Shown: positions 1 through 10,865 of the stretch, one piece after another
How the letters are laid out: every line of letters starts with the position of its first letter
Position numbering within the stretch: the first letter of the stretch is position 1
Assembly (NCBI GenBank): GCA_013791675.1
Contig: VMTI01000239.1
Span: 1 to 50,902, forward strand
DNA: 50,902 nucleotides
Source: a bacterium
GTDB taxonomy: Bacteria > CG03
Direction: 5' to 3'
The notes under the pieces: generated by a model
Seen by the model: the letters and a program-made list of their open reading frames with translations, nothing else
Database searches by the model: none
What the model was told of the DNA's origin: nothing
Program-made: the position numbers and the translations under genes

Positions 1-1
1 G

Positions 2-1000
2 CCCGCCGATTCCGCCGTGGCCATAGCTTTCGGCGCCGAGGGTATCGGCCTCACCCGCACGGAGCACATGTTCTTCGGCGGCGACAGGATACTCGCCGTG
101 AGGGAGATGATCCTTGCCGACGATGTCGCGGGAAGAGAAAAGGCTCTGGAAAAACTCCTTCCCATGCAGAGAGAGGACTTCGAGGGTATTTTTGAGGTGA
201 TGAACGGTCTGCCTGTCATCATCAGGCTGCTGGATCCGCCGCTCCACGAGTTCCTCCCGCACGAGGCCAAAGACCAGAAGGAAATGGCCGATGTAATGGG
301 CATTTCCGCGGAAGTGGTGAAACAGAAAGTTGACGCTCTCCACGAGTTCAATCCCATGCTCGGACACAGGGGATGCCGTCTGGGAATAACATATCCGGAA
401 ATAACGGTGATGCAGACAAAGGCCATCATAGAAGCCGCCTGCAATATGCAGAAAAAGGGGATAAAAGTCATTCCCGAGATAATGGTGCCGCTGATAGGCC
501 ACGTCAAGGAATACGTGAATCAGAGAGACGTTATCAAAAAAGTCGCCGATGAGACGATAAAAGAGAAGGGCGTCAAGCTCGAGTATATGATAGGCACGAT
601 GATAGAGGTGCCGCGCGCGGCTCTGACCGCTGACGATGTCGCGAAAGAAGCGGAATTCTTCTCATTCGGGACGAACGACCTTACGCAGATGACCTGCGGT
701 TTTTCAAGGGACGACGCGGGAAAATTCCTCGGCGATTATGTCGAGAAGAAGATCTACGCCAAGGACCCCTTCGCCTCGCTCGACCAGGACGGCGTGGGCA
801 GGATAATAAAGATAGCCGTTGACCTGGGAAGAGCTTCCAACAAAAAGCTTGAGATAGGCATCTGCGGCGAGCACGGCGGCGATCCGGATTCGGTCAAGTT
901 CTGCCACAGGGCGGGAATGGATTATGTCTCCTGTTCGCCCTACAGGGTGCCGCTGGCCCGTCTTGCTGCGGCCCAGGCAGTTCTGGAAGAAAAAAAATAA
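2..1000 (+). CDS. ppdK: pyruvate,phosphate dikinase, C-terminal PEP-utiliser TIM-barrel part (N-terminus outside window)
   Basis: Frame is open to the window edge. Motifs [27 protein letters not shown] and ICGEHGGDP are typical of PPDK/PEP-utilising enzymes. Confidence 0.9.
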   Translation, partial: PADSAVAIAFGAEGIGLTRTEHMFFGGDRILAVREMILADDVAGREKALEKLLPMQREDFEGIFEVMNGLPVIIRLLDPPLHEFLPHEAKDQKEMADVMGISAEVVKQKVDALHEFNPMLGHRGCRLGITYPEITVMQTKAIIEAACNMQKKGIKVIPEIMVPLIGHVKEYVNQRDVIKKVADETIKEKGVKLEYMIGTMIEVPRAALTADDVAKEAEFFSFGTNDLTQMTCGFSRDDAGKFLGDYVEKKIYAKDPFASLDQDGVGRIIKIAVDLGRASNKKLEIGICGEHGGDPDSVKFCHRAGMDYVSCSPYRVPLARLAAAQAVLEEKK

Positions 1001-1115
1001 TTTATTCCCGCGAAAAAATATTATTGCCTACTGTCGGTTTGGCTTTAACGGCAATTAAAGATTTTTTCGGAATTCTTTGTTCAGGCGGTTAGTTGAAAAG
1101 TAAGGGAGGGCGGTT

Positions 1116-1982
1116 ATGAATTACTTTTACCTGGTATGCGCTTTTTTTATTTTTTTGTGGGGCATAAGGATCATCAGGCCTACACAACGGGGTCTTATTG
1201 AACGGCTGGGAAAATATAACCGTTTTTGCAATCCCGGGTTTCACTGGATAATTCCGATAGTTGACTCTATGGTCAAAGTGAATATCACGGAGCAGATGAT
1301 CGACGCTGAGCCGCAGGAGATCATCACTAACGATAATCTCAATGCCAGAGTTGACGCGCAGGTCTATTTCAAAGTCAAAGATAGCGAGGTGGATATAAAA
1401 AATTCCCAGTATAATGTTAATGACTACCAATGGCAGATCGTCAATCTGGCACGGACAACTCTGAGAAACATAATAGGGACTCTGACACTCAAATCCGCAA
1501 ATAGCGAAAGAGGGAAGATCAACTCGGAACTGCATAACACATTGCGTGATGAGACAGGCAGCTGGGGAATTGAAATCGTCAGAACGGAATTAAAAGAGAT
1601 AGACCCCCCGAAAGATGTGCAGGAGACAATGAATAAGGTTGTAAAAGCGGAAAACGAGAAGATAGCCGCGATAGATTACGCCACCGCCGCTGAAACCGTG
1701 GCTGACGGGCAGAAAAGATCAAAGATAAAAGAGGCCGAAGGCGTAAGGCAGTCAAGAATCCTTCAGGCTCAGGGCGAAGCCGAGGCGATACAGCTTGTCA
1801 ATGAAGCCGCGAACAAATATTTCGTTGGCAACGCCCAGCTTTTGAGGAAATTACAGACCGTTGAGACATCTTTGAAAGACAATGCCAAAATAGTGGTGCC
1901 GGAAAACAGCGAACTGGTTAATGTTATAGGCGAGCTGGCCGGCGTGCTGCCGTTAACGCATAAGGCGGCGGCCGGAAAATAG
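1116..1982 (+). CDS. SPFH/band-7 (stomatin/prohibitin-like) membrane protein
   Basis: N-terminal TM helix, SPFH-like core, and an Ala/Glu-rich tail (AENEKIAAI...AEGVRQSRILQAQGEAEA). AGGGAGGG RBS lies just upstream of the ATG. Confidence 0.85.
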   Translation: MNYFYLVCAFFIFLWGIRIIRPTQRGLIERLGKYNRFCNPGFHWIIPIVDSMVKVNITEQMIDAEPQEIITNDNLNARVDAQVYFKVKDSEVDIKNSQYNVNDYQWQIVNLARTTLRNIIGTLTLKSANSERGKINSELHNTLRDETGSWGIEIVRTELKEIDPPKDVQETMNKVVKAENEKIAAIDYATAAETVADGQKRSKIKEAEGVRQSRILQAQGEAEAIQLVNEAANKYFVGNAQLLRKLQTVETSLKDNAKIVVPENSELVNVIGELAGVLPLTHKAAAGK

Positions 1983-1997
1983 CCGCCGGTTAATCAA

Positions 1998-3047
1998 ATG
2001 AAAAAGGCGGTTAAAGTCGGTGATATCGTCATGGGCGGGGGAAAGCCCGTCGTCGTGCAGGGCATGGTTAAAACGGCGCCCTCGGACGGGAAAACGGCCT
2101 TGTGGATAAATTCAATGGCGGAGGCCGGCTGCCGGATTGTGAGGATAGCCGTGCCCAACGCTTTTGAGGCTTCACATCTGGGCGGATTGAGGAAAAAAGT
2201 CAAAGTCCCCCTCGTGGCCGACATTCATTTTGACTGGGAACTCGCCGTCACAGCGGCGGCATCGGGAATAGACAAGATCAGGATAAATCCCTCAAACATA
2301 GGCTCCGTCAGCAAGGTGCGGGAAGTGGCCGCCGTCTGCCGCGAAAGAGGCATTCCCATAAGGGTGGGTGCTAACAGCGGTTCCGTAAAAACGCTCAACA
2401 AAGGCGATTCTCCGAAGGTGAAAGCCCGTAAACTGGCCGCGGCCGTGAAAAAGGAGGTCTCCGTCCTTGAAAAAGCCGGTTTTTACAATATTGTCGTATC
2501 CGCGAAAGCCGAAGATGTTGAAACGACGATCGAGGTCAACCGCATTCTGGACAGGCTCGCGTATCCGCTCCACATGGGCGTGACCGCGACCGGCCCCAGG
2601 AGCTCCGGCATCATCAAAAGCGCCATGGCTCTGGGCATACTTCTGAGGGAGGGAATAGGCGACACGATAAGGGTTTCTCTGCTTTCCGACCCCGTGGAAG
2701 AAGTTAAAGTGGCTTATTCAATTTTATCCGATATAGGTTTAATTAAAAGGAAAATCAATTTCATAGCTTGTCCGACCTGCGGGAGATGCGGGGTCAATCT
2801 GAGAACCATTCTGGACGATATCATGAAAGGCTTTCCGGATGCGGACACAGCCGCAGCAAAGACACTTAATGTGGCCGTCATGGGCTGTGAGGTGAACGGC
2901 CCGGGCGAGGCCAGGAACGCCGATCTGGGTATCGCTTTCGCCGGGCAGAAGGCCGTTTACTTTGAAAAAGGCAAAATCGTTAAAACGCTGATCCGGAGCG
3001 CGGCTGTGAAATTTATTACGAAGCAAATCAAAAAAAATCTTGTCTAA
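1998..3047 (+). CDS. ispG: 4-hydroxy-3-methylbut-2-en-1-yl diphosphate synthase (IspG/GcpE)
   Basis: Full-length 349 aa. Shows VRIAVP, PLVADIHFD, RINPSNIG, and the Fe-S Cys motifs ACPTCGRC and MGCEVNGPGEA. Confidence 0.93.
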   Translation: MKKAVKVGDIVMGGGKPVVVQGMVKTAPSDGKTALWINSMAEAGCRIVRIAVPNAFEASHLGGLRKKVKVPLVADIHFDWELAVTAAASGIDKIRINPSNIGSVSKVREVAAVCRERGIPIRVGANSGSVKTLNKGDSPKVKARKLAAAVKKEVSVLEKAGFYNIVVSAKAEDVETTIEVNRILDRLAYPLHMGVTATGPRSSGIIKSAMALGILLREGIGDTIRVSLLSDPVEEVKVAYSILSDIGLIKRKINFIACPTCGRCGVNLRTILDDIMKGFPDADTAAAKTLNVAVMGCEVNGPGEARNADLGIAFAGQKAVYFEKGKIVKTLIRSAAVKFITKQIKKNLV

Positions 3048-3448
3048 CCAGAGCCGGATGTCTAATGTCAAGACCTGACCCCAGAATAGAACAATAGGGC
3101 AACTGACAGAACAGCCGGAATAGCGCTTCCGCATTGCTTTACGCCGTATTCACTCTTCTCTTAAATTTGTAGGAAAGCGCTAATTAAGTTAGAATAATAC
3201 CAAGAGCATGAACAGAAATATTATTGATATTTTCTCGTTTTGCAGCGTCTTCGCGGCTGGGTGCACTATAACGACAGCGAGGGCACATATCTTACTATGA
3301 CATTGCCAATGCTGGCGGCGATAAATCAAAGCGTTGTGCTTGTTTCTTCCGATAAATTCGTATTATTTATTCCGGGGTATTTAAGCGTCGCTAAGTGTTT
3401 GAATGAATTTATTGAAGAAGGTGAAAGAATCTATTCGCTCTTGCTTCA

Positions 3449-5854
3449 ATGAAAATAAAATATCGACACAAAAGCATGGAAGTAGAGGGAAATAGCGTTT
3501 CTGTGCTGTTCTCTTATTCCGCCAGAGTATTTTTTTTCGGCGCATGTTTTATTATTTCCCTCGGAAGCTTGTCCGCTTCAACTTTTGTTCTCACTTTTGA
3601 TCAGGGAGATAAAGAGTCATATTATGACGCGGGCTGTTCATCTTTGACATGGAATCATGATGAGGGCTATTTGTGCCTTAGCGGCGGCGTTGAGCAAACA
3701 ATACTTATGAGCTCTTATCCGACCATGCCTGTGGTTAGTCCCCCGCAACCTACGGCGCAGTTGGGTTATGAATTTACAGTTCTTGAAAACTGTTATATCA
3801 GCGGATTTGCGCGTTTTGCCGGGGCTGAAGGCGGAAATCCGATTGTAAGGTTATGGACGGATGACACCGGAGAATTTTTGGGCGGCATACAATACCCCTG
3901 GATTGATATTGCCGTAGGCAATAACGCCGGCTGGTCTGAGAGGTCTATAGATTTCTATTCCCTCCTTTACCCTTTGACCAAGGGCAACATCTATTGGATC
4001 GCCAATGTCGCCGATGGTCAGGTTGGTCATCTTGTCGGAAATCTGGGCGCGTCCGCCGTTTCAGGCAGCGATTATTTGAATATAACAACGCCGTGGGGGT
4101 TCTGGTATCTTGACAACGACGAGCGCTCGCCGGGTAATGTCACCGATCCCACTGCCAACCTCATGTATATACCTTTCCTAGAGGGAGTGGCCGATTTGAA
4201 ATTGAACCGGTTTAACGCCGCGGGCTCAATTGTTACAAAAGCCATAGACCTTGGCGCAACAAAAATTGATATAAGCGCCTTTCAGGTAATATTTCAAACA
4301 GCAAATGCAGGAACCGGTTTTGATGAAATCCAGCAGACAGGTTTTCTCTCCTACGACATAATTTACGACGCTATCGCTTCCGTGGGATTAACGCCCCAAT
4401 GTTCGTCGGCTTTCGGTTTAGCGGAATCTGATGATAATATCGCTTATAGCGAATATTCGACATCAACGTTTTCTAATATCAGCAAGCGGTATATAAAATT
4501 GTCTTGCGAAATGAATACTCAGCACAGGGGAATAACGCCCATCTTAGATCAGGTCGTTATTGATTATAACGCTTATCCGGAAGCAATCGATTCATCAAGC
4601 GTATTACCATCCGATGGCAGTAGTATCAGCGCAGAAAATCCATGCTTCAGTTGGAATCCGGCCTTTGATTATGACGGAGATGCTGTCACATATACATTGT
4701 CGTTATCTGCCTCTCAGGAATTCGGGGATTTAGTCTTTTCAACCACAGTTGTCTCTATACCGTCATCAGCCGAGGTGGTAGTAAACTATATAGACCGCCT
4801 GAACCCCGTTACAAGTTATTACTTTAAGATAGACATGCAGGATGCTAATTCCGCAGTTGTGGCTGCTGATAGGGTTTATTCTTTCAGGACGCCGGATGTG
4901 ACTCCTAATTCTCCGGCGACTCCTGTTATTTTCTCGCCAAAGGATGAATTTGTCGCTGATCCCAATCCGCTGTTTTCATGGTCTGATTTTTATGACGCGG
5001 ATGGCGATTTCCAGTCATCCTTCTGGCTGCGAGTAAGATCCGCGACAGGGACATATTCTTCAGGGAATTCCATGGATAGCGGAGAGGTTTTGAGTTCGGA
5101 GAATGAATGGACGCCGACGGGCTGGGATCTGCCTTTCGGGAATACGTATTACTGGAGAGTCAGAGTGAGGGACGACACCGGATTTGATGATTCATGGTCT
5201 GAATGGAGCGCGGAACAATTGTTTATCCGGATACCGCAAGCTCCGTCGGGAGTGAGTATTAATTTACCGCAGGGTGAAACCCAGATAAAAAATAACGATA
5301 CAATCAGCATTACGGGCACGGCCGAAGAGGGAACATTTTGTGTAATCCTCATACGGGATCAAAACGGCAGGGCGCTGTATGACGGTATTACTTTTTCAGG
5401 CCTCAGCGTCGGGGCGGACGGCCTGATCGATGCGCAGGTTTCGTTAGGAAATATCGCGGTGAATTACCGCCTGGCGAGTCAAATTCGGGTTGAGGTTGTT
5501 CTAATCGATCCCGCCGGACACAGATCAGCCGCCGCAAGTTCAGCCTTTGTTGTTTTTAAAGCCGGGAAGGAACAGGCGACGATCTACGATAATTTAATGA
5601 CTCCTCCCGGAGTAAAACCGGTGACGATACGATACGAATTGCCCGCCGCGTCTAATGTGACGATAACGGTTTATGCCGGGAACGGGACATTGGTTAAAAA
5701 AATAACAGATAATCAATTCATGCCGTCGGGAGTTCATACAGCGGAGTGGTTTGGTAAAAATGCTTCAGGAAATCCTGTGGCAAGCGGTGTATATAGCATC
5801 CATATCAAAACGGATTCTTATAGCAAGCTGTTAAAGGCTATTGTGGTGAAATGA
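3449..5854 (+). CDS. large secreted protein with FN3/Ig-like repeats and a C-terminal FlgD-Ig / T9SS-CTD-like domain
   Basis: Hydrophobic signal-like N-terminus. Repeated F/W-S-W-x-x-x-x-D-x-DGD segments. C-terminal NVTITVYAGNGTLVKK...WFGKNASGNPVASGVYSIHIK. ATGA overlap with the next gene. Confidence 0.65.
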   Translation: MKIKYRHKSMEVEGNSVSVLFSYSARVFFFGACFIISLGSLSASTFVLTFDQGDKESYYDAGCSSLTWNHDEGYLCLSGGVEQTILMSSYPTMPVVSPPQPTAQLGYEFTVLENCYISGFARFAGAEGGNPIVRLWTDDTGEFLGGIQYPWIDIAVGNNAGWSERSIDFYSLLYPLTKGNIYWIANVADGQVGHLVGNLGASAVSGSDYLNITTPWGFWYLDNDERSPGNVTDPTANLMYIPFLEGVADLKLNRFNAAGSIVTKAIDLGATKIDISAFQVIFQTANAGTGFDEIQQTGFLSYDIIYDAIASVGLTPQCSSAFGLAESDDNIAYSEYSTSTFSNISKRYIKLSCEMNTQHRGITPILDQVVIDYNAYPEAIDSSSVLPSDGSSISAENPCFSWNPAFDYDGDAVTYTLSLSASQEFGDLVFSTTVVSIPSSAEVVVNYIDRLNPVTSYYFKIDMQDANSAVVAADRVYSFRTPDVTPNSPATPVIFSPKDEFVADPNPLFSWSDFYDADGDFQSSFWLRVRSATGTYSSGNSMDSGEVLSSENEWTPTGWDLPFGNTYYWRVRVRDDTGFDDSWSEWSAEQLFIRIPQAPSGVSINLPQGETQIKNNDTISITGTAEEGTFCVILIRDQNGRALYDGITFSGLSVGADGLIDAQVSLGNIAVNYRLASQIRVEVVLIDPAGHRSAAASSAFVVFKAGKEQATIYDNLMTPPGVKPVTIRYELPAASNVTITVYAGNGTLVKKITDNQFMPSGVHTAEWFGKNASGNPVASGVYSIHIKTDSYSKLLKAIVVK

Positions 5855-8595
5855 ACAGGGTTTTATGTACAGTAATCGCGGCGACAGTATTAACCGTTGA
5901 TCTTGCGCTGGCCGGTACAGGGGAATGCGCGGCTAACGAAATTTTAAACTCGAATTTAGGAGCTGGCGCGATGGGCAGCGGCGGTGCCGCCTCATGCCGC
6001 GTTGATCCATTGGGAGCGATACAGACAAATCCCGCGGGGCTTTCTTTTTTAACGAATTCTGAGTTTTTTACCTCATATAACAGAAACCTTTTTGAAACCC
6101 GGCACACATTTTTAGGTTTCGCTAAATCTTTTGCCCCGCGTTCCTCTGTCTGGGCGGTGAGCGCCGCGACATTATCTGATGAAACTATTTTGCTGAATTT
6201 AACAAATCCGGACGGTTCTTTAAAGGAAACACGCTCGGTGAGATCGAGGGATGATTATTTGCTGATTTTAAGTTATTCCCAAATGTGGGGAAAAAATGTT
6301 TCCGCGGGCTTGAACGCAAAATTGCTTCAGAGCACTTTAGCCTCGCAATACAAAGCGACGGCTTACGCCGTTGATACGGGCTTCTTGTTCCGGCCAGCCG
6401 GCAAGCGTATCAGTTACGGGCTGTCCGCCCGGAATTTAGGAACAGGGCTGAAATATATTGAGGAAGAAGATGATCTCCAGAGAGAATTCACCGCAGGGCT
6501 CGCGCTTCGTCTTTTGGAATCGAAGGCGCAGACACTCGCTCTCATGGGGGATCGTGTTATAAACGAAAAGAACAGGACTCATCTGGGTGCGGAATACACT
6601 TTCCATGAAAGACTGATTTTAAGGGCCGGATATAAATTCGGTTACGACCTTGATACTTTCACGGCAGGTTTCGGTATCAATTCCCGGAACATGGGCTTTG
6701 ATTACGCCGTTGTTAATAACAGGATTTTTGATAATTCGCAAGTTGTTTCTGTGAGAATGAAATTCGGAGATGTGTCTCATTATGATGCGGGCAGGAATTA
6801 TTTTAACAGGGGAATGTTTGAAAATGCTATAAGCGAATGGCTGAAAGTGCAGAACGGTCATCCCGATTTTAAAAAAGCGGCCGAGAGCGTCGATGAGGCT
6901 AAGAAATATATGCAGGCGGATGAACTCTACAAACAGGGTGAAAACTTTTTTCAAATAGAGAAATATGAGGAAGCTCTTGTGGAATTTGAAAAACTTGAGA
7001 AGATCCTTGAGGGATATAAAGATATACGGGAGAAAATCCAATTTATCAAAAACCTGCAGCCGGCGAATTTAAAAAACGCGATATTGGAAATGGAAAAAGA
7101 ACTGATAGAAGCGAGAAACATAGGATTTGACGTCGAGGAAGAAAGAGGCATAAGCTCGCGGGCTTTTGGAGCCTTTATGTGGAATAATTATAAATTAGCG
7201 AGAGAAAAAGTGGATCTATTCTGGGAAACTCTCAACGCGGGTTATAGAAGCGGCGCTGAAAAAGCCATCGCGGATGTTAATGCGGAGCAGCACAGGGCTG
7301 ATGAACAGGATATTGAGGTTCCTGACGCTTACAGAAGGTTTGGGGAAATAAAGAAAATATTCGCTGATGGTGAGTATAAATCAGCAAAGATAAAAACTAA
7401 TCAGTTAGGGATGCTCATCGCTGAGAGGCTGCGGCTGAACCAGGAGATGGAAAGCATCGTCGGGGCGGCTGTGAAGAGGGGAATTGAAGTAGAAAAGGTG
7501 GTAATTCTCGCGAAATCCCGCCCGATGGAGGACAAAATCGCCGCCGAGAAATTTTATGAGTGGCGATCCCGTGACTATCAGCCGGTGAAATATCAACAGG
7601 ACACGAAAGCCGCCACCGCCGGCGTCGGCTCAGTAAAGGAACACAAGGATCCCCCGTGGAAAATTCTCGCGGATAAGCGAAAGGCGCCGATCCCGCAGAT
7701 GCCGACAACGGAAGGCAAGACCCTGGCTGAAATAGAAAAAGAACTGGAAACAGCGGATGGTATAAGGCAAAAGCTGGAAAACTTGGGCGGTATATTCGGC
7801 GCTACTGTGAAGAGGGGGATAGAAATAGAGAGGGTCTCGATTCTCGCTCAGGCCCGTTCTTTGGGGTTTAAGGGAAAGAGCGTGACTGTCAGCGGCGAAG
7901 GACGGGAAATACTGCATAATATAGGAAAGCTCCTGACGGAGAGCCGGCCGGAACGAATCAGAGTGATAGGGCATAGATATGATATGGGTGACGCGGAATC
8001 AAACAAAAAAATCTCATTGGAACAGGCGGAAGCCGTAAGGGAACATTACATTGAAAAAGAAAATATAAGCGGTGAGATTATAGAGGCGACGGGCATGGGT
8101 GACACGCAAATGTTGGATGATTCGGCCGGCGGCCGTTTGGATCGTGTGGATACGGTGTTTTTAGCGGCAAGTGATGATTTACAGGTTTCAAAGCAGCTCA
8201 AAAAAATAACCCGTCGTGAGGATGTGTCGGTACAAAGGGTTGTGGAATCCGTTGAAACTATAATTTTCGCTTCTGAAAAAGCCGTATATTTTGAGCCGGA
8301 GAGCCTTGAGATAAAACAAAGCAGTCTGCTTTTACTGGACAGGATATGTGATGTTCTGGAAATATTGCCCGAGTGCGAGGTGAATATAATCACCGCCGGA
8401 AGCGATACAGCTGAGGATAATGTCCATTTGTTTTTTCAAAGAGCCGAAGAAGTGGTACAATATTTTGTGGATCACCGGAAACTTTCCGCTGAAAAGATCA
8501 GGGTGCGGCCGGCGGATTTTTGGGATCAGCCCGAGCTGAAGGGCAGGTTTAAGAACGATGAGCTTATCATCACTTTAAGATGGGAGTACCAATGA
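5851..8595 (+). CDS. PorV/PorQ-like outer-membrane barrel fused to a long helical region and two OmpA-C-like domains
   Basis: Signal peptide. The N-terminal block NLGAGAMGSGGAASCRVDPLGAIQTNPAGL parallels the PorV-like ORF at 27308. Lys/Glu-rich helical middle with an internal duplication (VKRGIEVEKVVILAKSR / VKRGIEIERVSILAQAR). C-terminal OmpA-like blocks (RIRVIGHRYDMGD..., VYFEPESLEIK...). Confidence 0.6.
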   Translation: MNRVLCTVIAATVLTVDLALAGTGECAANEILNSNLGAGAMGSGGAASCRVDPLGAIQTNPAGLSFLTNSEFFTSYNRNLFETRHTFLGFAKSFAPRSSVWAVSAATLSDETILLNLTNPDGSLKETRSVRSRDDYLLILSYSQMWGKNVSAGLNAKLLQSTLASQYKATAYAVDTGFLFRPAGKRISYGLSARNLGTGLKYIEEEDDLQREFTAGLALRLLESKAQTLALMGDRVINEKNRTHLGAEYTFHERLILRAGYKFGYDLDTFTAGFGINSRNMGFDYAVVNNRIFDNSQVVSVRMKFGDVSHYDAGRNYFNRGMFENAISEWLKVQNGHPDFKKAAESVDEAKKYMQADELYKQGENFFQIEKYEEALVEFEKLEKILEGYKDIREKIQFIKNLQPANLKNAILEMEKELIEARNIGFDVEEERGISSRAFGAFMWNNYKLAREKVDLFWETLNAGYRSGAEKAIADVNAEQHRADEQDIEVPDAYRRFGEIKKIFADGEYKSAKIKTNQLGMLIAERLRLNQEMESIVGAAVKRGIEVEKVVILAKSRPMEDKIAAEKFYEWRSRDYQPVKYQQDTKAATAGVGSVKEHKDPPWKILADKRKAPIPQMPTTEGKTLAEIEKELETADGIRQKLENLGGIFGATVKRGIEIERVSILAQARSLGFKGKSVTVSGEGREILHNIGKLLTESRPERIRVIGHRYDMGDAESNKKISLEQAEAVREHYIEKENISGEIIEATGMGDTQMLDDSAGGRLDRVDTVFLAASDDLQVSKQLKKITRREDVSVQRVVESVETIIFASEKAVYFEPESLEIKQSSLLLLDRICDVLEILPECEVNIITAGSDTAEDNVHLFFQRAEEVVQYFVDHRKLSAEKIRVRPADFWDQPELKGRFKNDELIITLRWEYQ

Positions 8596-10865
8596 AAAAT
8601 AAATTGATATTTTTTTTATTTTTTCTGTTTTCATGCGCAACTTTGCGGGGCCTTCGCGCGCCGGAGGCAAAACCTGACTGGTTTGTTAAAACACCGTCTG
8701 AAAACGGTTATTTGTTCTTTACCGGCGTGAAAACAGGAGCGCTTAGCCCGGAGGCGGGGAAGAGGGAGGCTGTCAATGATGCGTTCCGGCACATAGCCGA
8801 GTATTTCAGCGTGTCTATAAAATCGGAATATACGGAGCGGAAATCAACAGCTTCCTGCGATTTTATGAGTTTGCTCAGCGCCAAATCCCGCGCTCAAATT
8901 GATAAGGCGTACGTGGACAAAACTCATATTACGGAACGCTGTGACCCGAATCTTAAGAAAAACATCTATGATACATTCGTGCTGATTAAATACCCTCTCG
9001 ATGAAATTGAGAAAGAGAGAAAGAGGATAAAGCTGGAAAATGAGGAAAACGTTAAAAGGGCAAAGTATTATTTTGAGAGGGGCAGATATCATTCCGATAG
9101 CGTGGCGCTTGTAGAGGGTTTTCAGAATTTCGCCATAGCGCTGAAAATCCTTGAGGGCACCATCGGGGAAGATGTTTTAACGAATGAGATCGCGGGTTAT
9201 GCCGTCAAATGTCTTAAAAGAATAAAGCTGAACGGCTATCCCTGCGATCCGACGGGAAGTGCCGGCACGGGTTTGCTGAATCCGCTGAAGATCAAAGTCG
9301 TATATAAGGTCGGCGATAAAGAAATTGCCATAGCGGGAATGCCTCTTAATTTCGCTTTTCTGGAAGGTGGCGGTATTCTGGAACGGCAAGGCCTCACGAA
9401 TGATTCGGGTCTTGCGGAGTGCGCTGTCGCAGGAATAAGCAACACCGGACAGGAAAATCTTGTCATCGCGGTTCTTGCGTTAAACAGGGTGTTGAATACC
9501 GCTAATGAGCTTGTGCAAACCGAAGCTCAGAAAATGCAGGGGCTCCGCCACATTTTTGCTTTTCATTCCACCGGTGAGCCGGGTGATATCAAGAAACAGC
9601 CTATGATGGTAAAGATCTCCGATTTTGCTAACCTTACGGGAGATGTTGATCTGGCCTGGCTGGAACAGGCTTTAACGGATGGGATCGTGAACAAACTCAC
9701 TCGCATATCGAACTTGCATGTTGTGGAGCGGGGCGAAGATGTGCTTTTGGAAGGCTCTTTTCAAAAAAACAGCGGGAGAGTCAAAATCAATGTCAGGGTG
9801 ATCAAATCTATAGACGGCAGTGTTGTAAGTGTCGTCGTTGAAGAAGGGGAGATGGATAAAATCTTTGAAATTGAGGAGAACGTCGCAATTCAAATTGCCC
9901 GCCTGCTGAAAATTAAAGTAGCGCCGGATGAAATGAGATCCGTGAAATCGCGCGATACGAATAATACAGAGGCCTATGAGGCATACAACAGGGCTTTACT
10001 TGAGCACAAAAAGGGCAATCACAGCCAGGCTGTTAAAATGTACAAAAAGGCGCTCGCGCGGGATAATAAATTCGCGGACGCCTATAACAATTTGGGAGTT
10101 TGCTATTACAATATCAATTTGCTGGACGATGCGATAAGCTCATATCAAAAAGCAAAAATGATAGAACCTCTTAATGATGCTGTGACGGTAAATCTCGCCA
10201 CAGCGTATTTTAAGAAAGGCGCAAGGGTAAAAGCGCTGAATCTTCTTGAAGATTATGACAGCCTGGGGTCGCCGTCCGTCCGGGTTCTGCTCATGACCGG
10301 CGTGATTTACAACCGGATTGCCGAATATCAAAAAGCGAGCGAAGCTCTTGAGAGGGCAATAGAAATACAGCCCTCTGCTCCGGCTTATAATGAGCTTGGG
10401 ATCGTCTATGATAATAGGGGGCAATATGACCGTGCGATAATCATGTACACGGGGGCTGTGAAATTGAACCCCTCGTTTTATCAGGCTTTCAATAATATGG
10501 CGATCGCCTACATGGCTAAAGGAGAATATGAGCAGGCGCTTAATCCGGTTAATAAATCTTTGGCGCTCAACTATGAGTGCGGAGATACCTTTAATCTTAT
10601 GGGTTTGATTTTTGCTAATCAGGCGTCCTATTCAAAGGCGATAGCCGCTTATAAAAGAGCAATACATCTTTCGGGGTCACCGCAAGCATATTATAATCTC
10701 TCGTGCATTTACGCGCTTCAAAATGAGACTGATTTGGCCCTGCGGTTTCTTGATCACGCGATTGATTCCGGATTTAATGACATTAATTCCGTGAGCGCGG
10801 AGCCTGCGTTTAAAAATTTAATATCAGATAAGCGTTTTTCTGAACTGATAGAAAAAATCAGGTGA
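8592..10865 (+). CDS. TPR-repeat lipoprotein
   Basis: MKNKLIFFLFFLFSC lipobox-like signal. The C-terminal half holds many TPR units (AYNNLGVCYY, AYNELGIVYD, AFNNMAIAYM, AYYNLSCIYA). Start chosen at the ATG that overlaps the upstream TGA (ATGA); the ORF track starts at 8580. Confidence 0.8.
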   Translation: MKNKLIFFLFFLFSCATLRGLRAPEAKPDWFVKTPSENGYLFFTGVKTGALSPEAGKREAVNDAFRHIAEYFSVSIKSEYTERKSTASCDFMSLLSAKSRAQIDKAYVDKTHITERCDPNLKKNIYDTFVLIKYPLDEIEKERKRIKLENEENVKRAKYYFERGRYHSDSVALVEGFQNFAIALKILEGTIGEDVLTNEIAGYAVKCLKRIKLNGYPCDPTGSAGTGLLNPLKIKVVYKVGDKEIAIAGMPLNFAFLEGGGILERQGLTNDSGLAECAVAGISNTGQENLVIAVLALNRVLNTANELVQTEAQKMQGLRHIFAFHSTGEPGDIKKQPMMVKISDFANLTGDVDLAWLEQALTDGIVNKLTRISNLHVVERGEDVLLEGSFQKNSGRVKINVRVIKSIDGSVVSVVVEEGEMDKIFEIEENVAIQIARLLKIKVAPDEMRSVKSRDTNNTEAYEAYNRALLEHKKGNHSQAVKMYKKALARDNKFADAYNNLGVCYYNINLLDDAISSYQKAKMIEPLNDAVTVNLATAYFKKGARVKALNLLEDYDSLGSPSVRVLLMTGVIYNRIAEYQKASEALERAIEIQPSAPAYNELGIVYDNRGQYDRAIIMYTGAVKLNPSFYQAFNNMAIAYMAKGEYEQALNPVNKSLALNYECGDTFNLMGLIFANQASYSKAIAAYKRAIHLSGSPQAYYNLSCIYALQNETDLALRFLDHAIDSGFNDINSVSAEPAFKNLISDKRFSELIEKIR

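Noticed and set aside
3240-3452. 70-aa ORF in the ispG / secreted-protein intergenic region
   Set aside because: Non-ATG start, no RBS and no motif, so it is left uncalled. The 400-bp region is probably regulatory, but I could not identify a clean promoter.
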